Shown: in pieces, positions 44,762 through 59,528 of the stretch | How the letters are laid out: each line of letters begins with the position of its first letter | How positions within the stretch are numbered: the stretch's first letter is position 1 | From: Schizochytrium sp. TIO01 | Taxonomy: Eukaryota > Protista > Bigyra: Labyrinthulomycetes | NCBI GenBank assembly: GCA_004764695.1 | Contig: SMSO01000037.1 | Coordinates: forward strand, 1,092,747-1,156,746 | DNA length: 64,000 nucleotides | Direction: 5' to 3' | Notes under the pieces: generated by a model | Seen by the model: the letters and a program-made list of their open reading frames with translations, nothing else | The model's database searches: none | What the model was told of the DNA's origin: nothing | Program-made: the position numbers and the translations under genes

Positions 44762-46542
44762 AATCGCTACCCGTAGCTACTGTGCACGATTTCACGATGC
44801 CCGATATGATTGCCTATCTTTTCGTTTGGCAAAGCAGTAGTTCATGCAAATACTTATGCTGACAAATTCAACTCCCTTACGGGTGGTAAGACGAGGAAGG
44901 TGTTTGAAGGTTTCCTTTCAAGCTGCGCGTCCAGATGGAGGCAACTTGAAATCTCGCAATAAATTCTGTAGGCAATGACTACTCAAGCACACGTGGTGAG
45001 TAGAGGCAGGCGAAGGTGTACGGGGTTGCGAGGTAGTGAGATTGAAGGTGTTAAAGTGGGGGCTCACAAGAGCAAACGAGCTTCCTTCCTCGTTGTCAGG
45101 CAGTCGTTGTTAGTTCTTCAGCAAGGCGTCAGTGTGCCTGTTGTGCTGTCCGCCCAGTCACCAAGTCTTGGTGATGGCGGAGCTCTGAGGCCAAAGAACT
45201 GGCGATATACGTATTTGCAGATTGGTTTCCTGTGCCTATGTAGTAACGAAGTAACGCGAGGGTTGTGTGAACGGATGAGTGAAACTAATCCCGAAATGTC
45301 AATCACCAGCGAGAAGCAGACTTGAGCGATTCCACAAAGTTAGTTAGGTAGACTGAGGTCAGGTCAAGCCTTCTCACCTGTGAAATGCCGGCTACAGCGC
45401 CGAGTGTGATGTGAAACGACTGCGTCGCCCACGAGGATTTTCCACGTGGGCTACGCCTTTTGGCACTCGAATGAACCTCCTGCGAGCTGCGCGGGAGTGA
45501 GTATGTACTGCTTTTTCTTTAGGTCGTTGCTCGCTTCGCAATGAGACCTGATGCTCTCAGGCTAGTTTGTCTGTCTGCTAGGACTCGCGCCAACCTGCCA
45601 AGCAAGTGGTTGAGTATCCCTTGCGTGTTTGAGCTTGCGTAGACTGAGGCCTTGCGCCGTGGTCGGCCTGCGCCAAGCCTTCACGCCCGGTCTTTGCTTT
45701 GGACCTGTGGTGCTTTTGCTGCTGTCTTGTAGTCCTCAAGAGTTTTTCTTGCTCCCGGCAAGTGTTCCCTATTCCCGATTGATCGCTTTTCAACAGCAAG
45801 ATAACTTGCAATCGCAGTGAACCAAGACAAGCAAACAAACCAGAGCCCAGAGACTGTCGCTCTGATTGCCTGCCTGTTGTCTACAGTCCGGAGGCTCTGC
45901 AGAGGTCCCGATGCTTCAGGCCCGCGCCCGTGTCTCTCGGTAACTAGAGCTAAAACAAACTCAAGCGAGTAAATACTCACTCAATCAGTCTCTCAATCGA
46001 TTTTCAATATTTCAATATTTCAATATTCCTTCCTGGAAATATTTCAATACTTTCAATACTGCGTCGAAACTGATCACTCAACTGATCACTCACTCCGTAA
46101 CTAACTAGCCGACAAAGTAAATGACTGAGTGCGTAAGTAAACTAAGCAACGTAAGCCAATACTTACCCACTATGCGCTCACAATACGATGGTTGTTGTTT
46201 CTTTGAGTGATTGATTGATTGATTGCTTTTTTCTTTTCTTTTCTTTTCTTTGACACCAGTATATACAAGTGTATGGATGTATGGACGTACGAATGTCAAT
46301 CGGCCAATTGATTGCAATCGAATGAGTGATGGCCCTTCCACCGCAAATAAACGCAGAGAGGCCAAGCGGAGTTAGCTTCTCTTGACGGAGGAGGCAGGTG
46401 CAGGCTCGAGGGGCGGAGCAATCGATCCCTGCAACGCGAGCAGTTCACCCAATGTACGCAGGAATTCCGAGAAAACAGTCGCTACAAAAGAAAGAGAAAA
46501 AATGAAAGACTGAAAGACTGAAAGACTGAAAGACTGAAAGAA

Positions 46543-46574
<32 letters not shown>

Positions 46575-49500
46575 AAACAGAAAGAAAATATTTCTTTCCT
46601 TTCTCCGCCTCTCTTTCTTTACCACTTTCCACTTCGTCGCCTTACAGAAAGTAGCAAAAGCGCCACCTAGTGTTTACTCTACCCCAAGGGAAAAACCAGT
46701 ACCACCGCCCGGTTCTTAATGGACACCTACCACTTACTCTAGAGCACGGTGCGACTCGGAGGAGCTTGGCGGGGGCGGCCTTGTTTGTCCGTAGACACAA
46801 CAGCCACAGGACACGCTGGACCTGTCCAGCCTCTTTCGCTGCGGGCAGTGGGACGGATGCTATGGGTCACACTGGGGTGCTTTCTCCAAATCCCACACCG
46901 GTGGACGATTTCCCTTCTCAGCTCTTGCTGTCGGCGATGCGGTAGAGGGCTTAGCTACTTGGTATTGATCGGGCTGCCCAGAGTTATTCCGGGTTCCCTC
47001 AGACGGTTGCTCAGCGTCACCCTCGAAGGACGCCTACCTTGCGTCTCCTCGACGGCCAGGTGCACTCTGAAAATCTCGCCTGACAGAGATTTTTGTTATC
47101 CTGGGATTCTTTTTCTCCTTTAAAAAAAAAAAAGTCAAAGAGCTTTGCAATGTCAACCTATTTGGCAGAGATGTTCTGCGAAATGCTAAAATGCAAAATG
47201 CAAAATGCAAAATGCGAAGGGAAGCCGATCTATTGGTCAAAGAAAGGACGAACGAGAGCTTCGCCCAAATAGCCTTTCTCTGGTGCACAACTGCTTCTGC
47301 CACGACTCTCTCCCTATGTATATCTATCTCTGCGACTTTCACCCCTTTTTTCAATCAAAGAAGGAAAAGGTGTAGGCAGGGATAGGCACTTCCTTAGCTG
47401 AAAAGAGAGGGTACCTATTTTTACTTATTATTATTATATTTCTTTTTCCAAAAAAAAAATAACAATAATAAATAATAAAAGGGAGTAGAGAGTACAAAAG
47501 AGAGGCAGAATAAGTAAAAGTGGGCAGAAGAAAGAAAACAGAGGCCAAAAGGAAGCGAAGCAAAACGCGCGAGGGGAAAAGAAAGAAGCAGGGCCGGCAC
47601 TTGACAGAGCTTCTAAGGCTCGCTCGCACGCCGCTTTGAGTCCTCTCGTGCCAGGCCAAGCAGGAGTCCCGGGCGTCCTTGCGCTCCCACGGAGGTGCGG
47701 AGAGTGAGCGACTCGTACCCGCTCGCTCGCTTGCCCTCCTTTCACCTTGTTCTGTTCCTCTTTCTTTCGTCAAATGGTCCAAACGCAACGCTTCCCCTCT
47801 CAGAGGCTTTCTTCCCACCGGCAGTGGAAACTAAAGAATGAGAAAAAAACACTGACGCCAAAGCCGAGTTCCTCTTCGTTTCCGCAGATTACTTCTTCCG
47901 TTGATTGATTGATTGATTGGTTGATTGGTTGATTGACCAATCGACTGATCGATCAGCTGTTTGGTCGTCTGCTTCGCTCGAGCAGACAAACAAGAGCCTT
48001 CTGATTAAGGCCCTCCGCTCAAACGAAACAGGCAAATATCCAACCACGCCCAAAAGCAAAGACTTTATGCTTGCACCCCTCGAGTTGATGGAATGGGAAG
48101 AACCAGGTGCGAGCGAGCGAGTGAATGAATGAATGAATGAGTGAATGAGTGAATGAAAAAACTCCAAGCTGCTGCTGCGCTTTCTTCAGTTCGTGCCTGA
48201 GCTTGCGAACGCGACGATTCTGTCGCCTGAGCTCCGCCCGCCCAAGAGGAAGGGAACGCTGCGATGGCTGGCTGGTCGCAGGAAGCAGCAGCCAGAGATA
48301 GGCTGAAAGCGCTGGAGCTCGCGCTTACTTCTGGCTGTCGCTCTGGCTGCTTCTCCTTGGCTGTTTAGGTTTCCGCCGAGAGCGCAAATCACAGCAAATG
48401 CAATGTAACTTTAAATAATAATAAAAAGAAACAAGAATAAAACGCTGCTTTTCAAGAGAGAGCGCGGGCGAAGGTGGCTGATAGGCGGGTTTGCGAGCGA
48501 GAGAGAGGGTACACACCTGCAAAGGAGGTGCTTCTTTCTCGCTGGAAGAGTCTTCGCTTGTGAAGCCTTCGCAGTCCTTTCCACGGCAGAGAAGAGTCGA
48601 GCGAAGCCAATCCAATCTTTGCTCAATTAATTCTTCTTTTACAATAAATGAAAAACCTTCTGGTTTTTTTATTTAAAATAAAAAAAAAGTTTGAAAAAGG
48701 AAAAGCGCAGACGAGCGAACCTCGAAAAGAAACTGACTGACTGACCTGTAGGTAGTAATTGAAAAAGAAGAAAAAAGAAAAAAGAAAAAAAAAAATCAAG
48801 GTCGATGCAACGTCGACGAATGAGTTGAGTCCAGCGGAGTGGAATCGAATCGAGTTAGTAATTTGACTTGAGTTGCACTGCTGCTGCTTTGGATCAAATT
48901 CGCCGCGGCAGGCGGAGGACAGGCCAGTCTTCGGCAGACAGACAGACTTCCGCTGCTCTGCTCTCTTCTCTTAGTTGAGTCTGCTTGCTGGACAAAGCAA
49001 GCAGAAGCAAGCAGAAGAAGCAGCGTGAGGCTTAGCCGCGGTCTGCGGTGGCGCTTGCACAGCTGCGGGTTCCGGCGGAAGGTTCCACCTGCCTCCCCTT
49101 GGCTTTCGCTGCAGACTCAACCGACTCAGCGCCGGCTAAAGCACACTGTGGGAGCTGTAGCTTTTTCTATCCACTTGTTCAGGGATGTGGAACAAAATGC
49201 CCTACAGCACAGAACGAGGGGAGAAACGGGTGAACCCCAAAACGAACGCTCTGCACCGCCTTTTCCTCCCTCTTTCCGCTGTGTCCTGTTCGTTCTGTCT
49301 CTTACGAGTACGAGTTCCTGAGTCTGTCTATCTGTACCTATGGATGAGGAGACAGGTAAAGAGATAGATGTGAAGGTTTATGCACCTCGTAAGAACAGAA
49401 CAGAGGAGATGGAGATGCGACGAATGTGGTGCACTGTGCAGAAAGAAACAAAGGGGGTGAGTAAACTTACGATGGATGAGGATAGCAACGCTTGCTGGCC

Positions 49501-51710
49501 GCTCGCTCCCGTCCGTGGCGATGCTTGTGTGCTTGTGTGCTTGTGTGCTCGCCCGACCGACCGATCGCTTGATCGCTTGATTGATTGAATGATTGATTGA
49601 TAGGTTGGTCGCCGGCTTGAGCTCGCTCCAGCTGGGACACGCACAGAATCGATCGCGAGGCTGCAGACTTTGCCAGAAAACCTTTTGCCTACGGCGCCAC
49701 AGGAGGTCTATCGGACCGTCGATACACAATCAACGAACCAATAAACTAACACACCCAATAACTAACCAACTAAATAACTAACTGACAAAGCAACTCACCC
49801 GCCAACCAATCAATGTACGCCGGGAGCGTCGGTCTTTCAATGCAAGTAGGCAAGCAAGCAATGCGGTCTCCGTCTATATATTGGTCTGTACGTCGATGGA
49901 TTTATATGTCCGCAAGTCCGCTCCGCTCCAAAGAGTGCGATGGAGTGGATGAAAGAATTGAAGTCCAGCGATGAAGTAGACCGAGCGAATGAAAACCGGT
50001 GGACAATTTCGACAGGTTGCTCGTGCAGTTCGACTTCTTGAAAGCTCAAGGAGAGGGGTATCAAGATCCGCCGCTGCACCTGTGAATTTCCAAGTTGCGC
50101 TCGGCTAACAGTCACTGAGTGAGTGCGTGAGTGAGTGAGTGAGCGAGTGGTGATATACAAGGAAGATGGCGAGTCCTGAGTTTCTTCGCGTGCCGGAAGC
50201 TGTTGCAAGTGGTGTATAAAACGCCAGCCAAGTGGTGCACAGAGGTCCTCGAGGCAGTCAGTCAGTCAGTCAGTCAGTCAGTCAGGCAGTCAGACAGGCA
50301 GACAGACAAAGTTGCCGTTCTAATTCCTCAACTCTTCGTTCGACGCAGCACGTGCTCGGCGGCCTCCGACGCCACACGAGTCAAAGCGAAACCTTGTGCG
50401 CCCAAATTCAGACTACCTAAGTGAAGGCGAGAGAGTTAAGAGCTGCCAAAGCCAACGATTCGCGAGATCTGCTATCTCCTGCTCTAGAGAAATAGCCTTT
50501 CGGAATCGCTTGCTTACGTGTAAGCCCTCGCGTTAAACCTGCTCGAAAGCAAATCTTGAGATCAGCGACCACCACCAAGGCTGAACAACCAATTCTCCTC
50601 CCGGCCAAGGCGACCACGGCGACGATGCAGCCCTTGCGTGTTCCCGCCCAGAGTTAATTAAGATCCTTGCGGTTGACGATCCTCCTCAGGCGAAAAGCGA
50701 GCCACCGTGGCACGAAGCTCTCTATCTACCTTTATCTATCGATCTATCTATCTACACAGACAGACTGATAGACTGATAGACAGGCAGTGAGTGCGGTGAG
50801 CGAGAGAACCCGCTTCACTTCGCGAGAGAACGGAAGGTGCCACGGAGGGGCTTTGGTCTTCCTCGGGCCTTGGTGGAGAGTGTCTGCTCAGCTACCGCCG
50901 AGGCTGCCGGGCCTCCCTGCAGCCTTGTATCCACGGCCAGGAGCAGTTCACAGTCCTCCTCGCAGCGCCTCCAGCACAGTTCCGGGCTCCGGCGCTACTC
51001 CTGGGATCCCGGTGCTATCAATCTGTCTATCTAGCACCTCCTAGGCACTAGCTAGCCAGCCAGCTTGCTACCAGAACTGCTAACTAACTAACTAACTAAC
51101 TAACTAGCTGACTAACTAACTCGTAACTGAGGAGCGAACTAGCGAACCCCTAACTAATTAAAGTAGCTGGAGCACGCACCCTCGAGAGGAAAGCAAAAGC
51201 GAGCGAGTTAAACGAAGATCGAACGAGAGCAGAGAACGAAAGCCAACTAACTTCCTCGCACAAGACCTCGTGGCAGAGCGAACCGAGCCTTCGAGCGAAG
51301 AGAGGCGAACGTGCGTGCCTAGCTTGGCCAGCGAGCTTCGAGGCCTGCCTGGAGAACTAACTAACTGGCTGCGGCTCTCTCTCTCTCTTCGCTGTCCCTG
51401 GCTTTCTGACTTTCTGACTTTCTGACTTCGCTTCGTTCTCTGCTATAAACCACAGCAAATGCCAGGAAAGCGAACGCCTTCGTGGCGGGCTCTTGTGCGG
51501 TCTATAGATAGATAGATATCTATCTATGATATGCGAAGAGCGAGATAAAACAACAAAAACAACAACAAAACTTGCGACAGCGAGTGAAGGCGAAGAATGG
51601 AAGTGGCAATGAAGGAAGAAGCGCAAGCTGAGATGGCGCTTGCCGACACCAGAGGCGATACCGCGGTTCCCAGGATGTCGGAAAGGGCCTTCCTCCTCCG
51701 GAGACCTCGA

Positions 51711-51741
<31 letters not shown>

Positions 51742-54674
51742 ACCAACCAGGCAGGCAGAGGCTGCCGAAGAGCTTGGTTTGCTCTGGTTTGCTCTGGTTT
51801 GCTCTGCGTCGCTGCGATTCGCTTCGCTTCGCAATGCCGCGCTGTGCTGTGCGGTGCTGTGCTGTGCTGTCTGTATCAAGCTTTCCGCTGTGATTCTCGA
51901 AACAGCGAGAATAAGATCCCAGTTTCGTAAGAGGGAGAGAACACTTGGATCTGAACCTTGGAGCCTTGCAAATAACAGGCGGGCCTTCTGTGGTACCAAG
52001 AATGCAGGTGTGAGCTGACTGTGAGTCTAGCGAGCTAGCTGGCTAGACCGGGCGAAATCAATGGAAGTCGTCTCGCGCGGCTGTCGTGCGTTGGGGACAC
52101 GGATGCGAAGCTTGAGGTCGGTTTCCAGGAGGGGTTCGAGATTCCACGCTTGGTTGCGAAGGTTTCGCTGGCCAATCTAACTTTTTTTCAGACGATCAGG
52201 CGCGCTCCTGCTTGGGATCGATCTGTCTGGGCTTCTTCTTCTTTAGCCTTTGCGAGACCTCTTCGACGGTGTAGACGACGATGACGAGCGGCCTGAGTGA
52301 TGGAGTGAAGAAGGGCTCTATGGAAGGATAGATAAAAGATTGAAGCTGTAGGTACGTACGTTCGCTCTCTCCTTTGCGCAACGTTGTTGTTTGGTGGAGA
52401 GAGCTTACTTACTCTGTGAGCTGCCAACTTTGGGTTGTTTCCAAGTCTACCTTGGTGTAAATTTATGCAAGGGGAAGAAGCACGCAGATGCTGCCTTGCC
52501 TTGCCTTGCCTTGTCTTCAATGCCCAAGCAAACGGTCAGCCAGAGAAAGGTCAGACAGAAGGCCAGAGAGGAAAAGGAGACGAAGATGGGATCAATCCGC
52601 TTTGATATCGATTCTACTCGTGCTCGCTTGCTCAATCAATGCCTTCACACGCGCAAAGTGCAGTGCAGTGCAAAGCAGTGCAGTGCTCACCTTGGAAAAG
52701 AGCAAACCAAGAGAGGAGACCAGGCGGTACACTGGCACTAAGCGGTCGGTGCCTGCTATCAGAATATAATTAGTGCCGAGATGGGTCTGTGTGAAGTCAC
52801 GCGCGACGCGGAGCAACTGTCGATTGGCTGATTGCTTGCTTGCTTGGAGCTAACCTGATGTGCGATTGAGCTCGGACACGAGGGCGGGCACTTCGGCGCT
52901 CAAGCAAAATGAGCGAGCCCACGACCAGCCGATAAGAAACGAGCTCAAGGTCTCCTTCGCGTTCAGGAATGAACTAATGACCTTGGCTCTTGTGCCGCAC
53001 GAGAAAGGAGCGTCTCTTGTGGAGGGATTGCTCGAAAGCTCGAAAGGAGAAAGGGGGAAATAGGAGGTGCCGCTGTTCAAGAGGCCGGATTGCGAGATCA
53101 ATGCACGTATGCACGAACCTGTTAATCAGACTGACTTTCTGAGTGCGAGATAATTTGATTCGTTGAGAGACCTTTCGGGCAATGAAAGGATAGATTTGAA
53201 AACGACGCCGGTTCCACGAAGGAAGAGAAGAAAGAGGGATAGAAAAGGGAGGTTGAAGATAGAGAGGTTGTTGAGTAAAACTGGTCACCGCAAGCTCGCA
53301 AAGTTCCGCGTCGTCACTCCCGAGTTGCGTAGCGTGTGGCCGGCCAAAGCAAGCAGAAGCGCACGGGCTCTAGCTTGCTGGTCTGGAGGCTCTATCTGCG
53401 GCCTCTTTATTCGCCTATTTCCCCTTGTACGTGATTGATTAATTGCTCGCTTGCTTGCTCGCTTGCTTGCTCGCTTGCTTGCTTGTTCGCTTGCTTGCTT
53501 GTTCGCTTGCTAGGCCAGATCTCGATCACCTGACAGAAACTAAATCCCTAGAGGCTTTGGAGGGCCTTCAAGTCGTTTTTGTGAAGAAAGAAGAGAGAAA
53601 GACCGAGATGACACAATTCACGAAGAAACCTCACGAGAGAGAGAAAAGCCTGATCTGATGGGCTCGGCAGGCTCGCTCGGGAGATTGAATCCTTCAGGTG
53701 AGAAGGACCCAGGCAGGCAAGGTGCGTCTTTCAGACCTACAATTCCTTGTGCGTGGCGTGCCGAAGAACGAATAGATGTCCACCAGAACTGAGTCCGCTA
53801 TCGTCGAGATCTCTATCGCGATCGAATTCGAACGAACTCAGTCAATCTCGACCTCGCAAAATGCACGGCAACGAGGATCTCCGCAACGCCTGAGAAAATA
53901 GCTCGCTATAGCTATAGCTCAGAGGCAGGCAGCCCAGCTCCGATGTGCTCGCGCTCGCAGCCAATCTCAGCCAGCAGCTCGCCCCGAGCGCAGCTGTTAC
54001 AGGCACGAGGCCGCTGACAGCTAGCTAGCTAGCTTCCTCGCGAAGCTTGCTTTGCTTCCGTGTGTATTGTTTTCCGCTTGCTTCTTCTCCGCGTAGAGCA
54101 GCGCTCCCTCCTTATAGACAGACAGACACGCAGACACAGAATTAACCCAAAGACTGTTTCTGAGTACAAAAAGAAAGGCGAATAAAGAAGAAATGAAAGA
54201 AAGAAAGAAAGAAAGAAAGAAAGAAGGAAGGAAGGAAGGAAAGAAGGAAAGAAGGAAAGAAAGGAAGAAAGCAGGAGAAGAGAAACGAAAAAGAACTTGC
54301 GAAAGAAGAGAGGCGGCAAAAAACAAAACAAAAGGAAAAGGAAAAGGAAACGGGCGAAAGCGAGAGAAGAAGAGAACGGGGGAAAACCAGCAGCAGCAGA
54401 AATCAACAACAAACAAACACAACAACCGCAACCCCAAAGCTCGAGATTCTCGCCTCCACCAACGCTCAGATCGAGCCCGTTGCCGTGGCTCCGCTCAGAC
54501 CTCGCCTCGATTCACTCGCGAAGCCGCCCGCCCCGCCTGAGCAAGCAAATCCAATCCCAGCGAGCCGACGCCTGTTTGTGTGTATGTATGTATGTATGAA
54601 TGTATGTTGTATCTATGTATAACCGACTGAACGTCTCTGTGTTTCTATGTCTCGATGACTCAATCTCTGATTGG

Positions 54675-54695
54675 TCGATCGATCGATCGATCGAT

Positions 54696-54734
<39 letters not shown>

Positions 54735-54782
54735 GATTGATCGATCGATCGATTGATTGATTGATTGATTAATTGATTGATT
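54675..54782. repeat. Compound (GATC)n/(GATT)n microsatellite
   Basis: Direct reading. Confidence 0.9.
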
Positions 54783-54899
54783 ACCCAATGAATCTATGTA
54801 TCAATGAACGTACGTATCAATGAGTGTACGTATCGATCAATCTGTATCTTTCTACTATAGATATTAGCGCGAACGATCACTCGATCGAAGAAGTTTCGA

Positions 54900-55715
54900 G
54901 TCCAGGAAGGCGCCGCCGCTCTCTCGGTTGCGGCCGCCGCTCTCCAGATCCCGCCTCCTCTCGCCTTCGCCGCGCTCTGCAGACAGACGACAGACAGCCC
55001 GGAGGGCTTGCGGGCCGGTCGCACGCGATGATACCCGCGCAGCCGCCTCGAAGCGCCGATGGGTCGTCGTCGTCGTAGCGAGCGAGCGAGCGAGCGAGCG
55101 ACCGAATGCTCCCTCGCCTTCGCCTCCCCGCCGCGACCCGTCGCCGTGTCCTCCCGCCTCCGCGCCGTCCTTCGTCCCGCCTCCGCAGGCTGCCCGCCGC
55201 TCCGTCTCCGCTGCTCCAACCAGCCCAGCAGCCACGCCAATCGGCGCCCAACCGGCCAAACAATCAAACAGTCAACCAATCAGCGCAGAGCGCGAACTCC
55301 TCACTCAGTCTCAGCGGCGATCGCAGCGCTCCCAATCGATCGGCGCCGAGCGCCGCTGCCGTTCTGCGTGCTGCCTTCTGCCTTCTGCCTTCGTGCTGCC
55401 TTCTGCTGTCTGCTGTCTGCTTTGGGGCCTGCTGCCTTCTTCTGCTGCTGCGCTGCGCGCTCTCCGCGCCTCCTCGCTGCCGTTTAAAGCCCCTGCTGCT
55501 GCGCCGCTGTTGCGGATGCTGCTGTTGCTGTTGCCGCCGCTCATCTCGCACCTGTGCAGCAGCACCTCTGCGCAGCTGGCGCACCATCGCAACACCTTCC
55601 CTGGCACCTTCTCACGCGCCGGCTGCGGGGCTGTGGGTCCCCAGCTGCGGGGGATGCGGGGCGTTGCTGGCCATCGCGGCGAGACCGACGGGTCCATGGG
55701 TGATGTTGCTTGGCG

Positions 55716-55756
<41 letters not shown>

Positions 55757-56200
55757 GCTGCTTGCCAGGGCTGCGCTTGAGCCTGCCTGGCGGGTGGGAT
55801 GGGTGGGTGGCTCGGTGGCTTGGTTTGGTTTGGTGCGGAAAGAGAAAGAAGCGTGCGCGCCGGAACTGGCGGAGGAAACAGGGAGACGAGGGGAAGGGTG
55901 GAGGTGTGGGGAGGAAGCTAGGTGCGGGGGTAGAAGCTGTTGCGGTGTACCGAAAGTGTTGGCTAGCTGAGACGAGGTCGAGAACCACGGGATCAAAGGA
56001 TGGACAGTGAGGAAAGGGAGCCGAAGCCTGTGCCGCTGCAGGGGCGCTGTCTGGGCGGGGCGGGGCCGGCGGGGCGGAGCCGGGAAGAAGGGAGATGATT
56101 GGGATCCGCGAAGTGAATCGGCTTGGGAGCGGAGGCGGCTCGATGGGCGGCTGCTTCATCGCCAGTCCCTGGAGCTGGAGCTTGAGCTTGGCGTGAGAAG
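54900..56200. promoter_or_regulatory. GC/CpG-rich island in the gene desert, candidate distal promoter
   Basis: Very GC-rich, bounded by microsatellites and a T28 run. The overlapping ORFs are low-complexity. The function is inferred. Confidence 0.3.
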
Positions 56201-56267
56201 TGTCTCACCTTTGAGCAGCAATAAAGGGAACCCGCATTGTCTCACTTGAGGAAGACGCGAACGTTGC

Positions 56268-56298
<31 letters not shown>

Positions 56299-57701
56299 CC
56301 TTTCTCCCTTTCTTGTTTCTTTTTCGCCAGCATTCAGTCCGGTCGAAACTTTTTTTTTTGGTTTCGGATCAAATATTTCAAGTTGAAAAGTTTTACTTTT
56401 TCTGTTTATTTTCTTTCAATGATATTAATAGTAACGAGGTATGCAGAGCAATGGACGTAGTAGTAGCACTTTTGTTTTCTCTCTTGCGATCTTTAGATTG
56501 TCGAGACATGAAATCTCAGAGGATAGGAGCCCAAGGCGGTCGATTTTTATTATGTCATGGGAATTAGAAGACGAGTCTTCGATGGACAATGAAAGTATTC
56601 TTTATACCGAGTTTTCAGCCAGTTGATGATCAATCAATCAATCAATCTATCTATCTATCAATCTATCAATTCTTGGCAATATTATACTTACCTTACCAAA
56701 GTAGGACGGATCGTTGGTTTTTGAAGGGGTAGGAGGAGAAGAATCAGTTGATCAAAATCGATCGAAATAAATTTGCAAACACCGTGACCTACTTTCAGCA
56801 CGGTGCGCGTACCTTTGTTCTTCTCGATGTATATTCTTTCGTCGTCGATTTCACGTTGTGGACGGGGCGCCAGCACGCCTCGTAAAGAAGAACCTTCTGC
56901 TGTGCCTACGTTTTGTTCCTCGCTCTCCAGCTGCTGTAATTTACTTTTCATTAAGAAAAAGTGCCTTCCGCCCACCGAGAACAAGGGCATTGAAATCCTG
57001 AGGGGAAACGTGAGTGAAACCTATTTCCCAAACTCTCAATAAACGCGTGCTCCGCTACCGTGGTAGGTCCGGAGAGAAAGGATTTAGCTAGCTAGCGCGA
57101 GACACCATCGGGGACCTCTACTTTTTTGCGAATGCATCAGATGGATGGATGTTCACCTATTTATCTTCCTGCACTCCGAAGAACGACGAAACCATCTGAT
57201 CTGAAAACCTACCTTATAATTTATTTCCCAAACTCTGGTGAAGCCCGAGCTGTTGATTGCCTTTGTCCTTAACTCCATGCACCGATTAATCAATTGTTCA
57301 AAGCTCGAGCTCAAGCTTGGGTTTTTTGTTTCTTTGTCCAATCTGCGAGGTTTTCTTGTTTGTTCCTCCCAAGCTTTCCTCTACATCATCACGATTGTTG
57401 ACTGACTTAAAATAAAAATAAATATAAAAGAAACAAAAAAGAAGAAGAAAAAATTAAAAAAAGGGTCGCCCGCTCGACTCATTCGTGAACCATCGAGCTC
57501 GATTCACTCTGCATTATCTCCCGAGCGAACTAGAAATGCCGCCAACCCAGTATCAACTCGCGCAGGTCGCGGAATTCAGCCCCTTCATTGCGCGAAATAT
57601 GAATCGAGCAGCTTGAAACCCCAGAAACACCAACTCCCTTCAAACCTCAATGATTAAGAACCACTCCTGCACTTTCATACAATGAATTGGGATCATTTCG
57701 G

Positions 57702-57777
<76 letters not shown>

Positions 57778-57834
57778 ATGCTACTACTACTACTACTACT
57801 AATGCTACTACTACTACTACTAATGCTACTACTA
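57702..57834. repeat. (ACT)n microsatellite with AATGCT interruptions
   Basis: Direct reading. Confidence 0.95.
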
Positions 57835-59481
57835 CCACAGCTTTTATATTTTTCAATAGCAGTCGGACCAGGCCTCTGGATTTGATCCCTTGTTTTGCAC
57901 TCTAATGCATTTTGGTTCACAGGGAAAATAAAACTGCAACTTTGAAGCACGAGGCTCGAGCGGTAGTTGAGATTTATCTCCATAAATACACCTTCACACT
58001 CATCTAACTGTTGATTAAAACCGAAACCAAGCCTGCGGAATATGGCTGACCAGGTTTTTACGGCACGAGGGCTCATCAGACACACATGATTACACATATT
58101 ACTGTCTAAATTATGTTGAAACTTCTCTCACTACATTAATTAAATTAACATTTACTTATTTAAAAAATTAAAAATCTAAACGAAACTATTTCCTATCTCT
58201 ATCTCTCTCTACTGATAGGCCTATATGTTGACATTTATAAGCAAGTTTTTTTTGTTTTTTTTAAATTTATATATATATACTTCTAACGCCGTCTATAACT
58301 TTGAATTATATTGATTTGTTTTTATAAATGTAATTTTAGATTTTAAAAAATATATTTTTTAATAGTCTATTTAGGCCTGTCTCTTATATCAAGAATAGAT
58401 AAGTTGAGTCTCCCTAAGTATCTGTTACTAGCAAGGTCTTGTTGTGGGAAAGATGTAGTAGGTACTGCAATAATTTTTAGCTGCTCCAAGGTACGCGTGG
58501 GAGGCGTCGCGGAATTTGTCACAGGATTCTTAGCGAAACGCAAGGTGGCTGATGTTCGAGTTGCTTGTGTCACTTGTGTGTCGTCGCAAGGCAAGGACAG
58601 GTCCTCCACACGACGGCGCGCGCGCTCTGTCCCAGCGGGTGGAGTTATTTTTGAGAACGACTCCAATAAAACAAGTCATCACCACATTTTAGAGACACCG
58701 TGCCAATTTCAAGATCCACTGCAAATGAACTCTGGAGAACGCAAGGAAGGGCCTTTGATACACGATTATTTAGAGAACGAGGCAAGGCACAGAAGGCAAA
58801 CAAAATCGGACCTGAGGACCGACAACTACAGAAGGATATCGAACGCAACTTTCCAGACTAAATATAATATTTTGTCTGGTCTGTACCAAAATCTATGTGA
58901 TTGACATGGCTTGGATTTTACCGGGGAAATACATCCATCCCTCAGCCAAATCTTAACAATTTTATAAATTTGACAACAACTATAGCCAACTCTTAAATGA
59001 AGATGGCATTGGAGAGGCTTCGGGGCGATTCCAAATAGGAATTCATGACATTGAATAATGCTTTGAACTTGTTTTTTTCTTGGCTTTTCTTTTGATTAAG
59101 TAGATAATTGCTAACCATCCTGGCTTGGTTGATTCTCGAACATGTGAGTGAAGTTAAAACTGCAGTGCTTTACTGTTTCTTCTCATATCTAAATACTTCA
59201 GTGACTACTTCAGGCCGGAGAGCGACGGTGTCAGTATTTTTCTTCTTTACCTTTTTGAAATCTTGATATGCGAATCGTAGTAATACATTCAGTATACAAT
59301 GCGAAAACAAAATGGTCCTTTTCGCTTTGTAGATTCCTTTATTTAAATCCAAGAAAAACTGCAAATTTTTCAGGTCCTATGCAAGCTGACTGATTCTTCT
59401 AGCCAGCCGACTTTCAATTCTTGACAATCTTGGCATCACGGCGAGGATCCACTGTTCTCTTTTAAACAAACGAATGAAATC

Positions 59482-59528
59482 AACAAACAAACAAACAAAC
59501 AAACAAACAAACAAACAAACAAACAAAC
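59482..59528. repeat. (AAAC)n microsatellite
   Basis: Direct reading. Confidence 0.9.

Noticed and set aside
52125-52150. GGTTCGAGATTCC resembling a tRNA B box
   Set aside because: Wrong spacing, with no cloverleaf or A box
54794-56249. Multiple overlapping 130-360 aa ORFs
   Set aside because: Low-complexity A/R/P/L/C translations on both strands, caused by stop depletion in GC-rich, SSR-containing DNA
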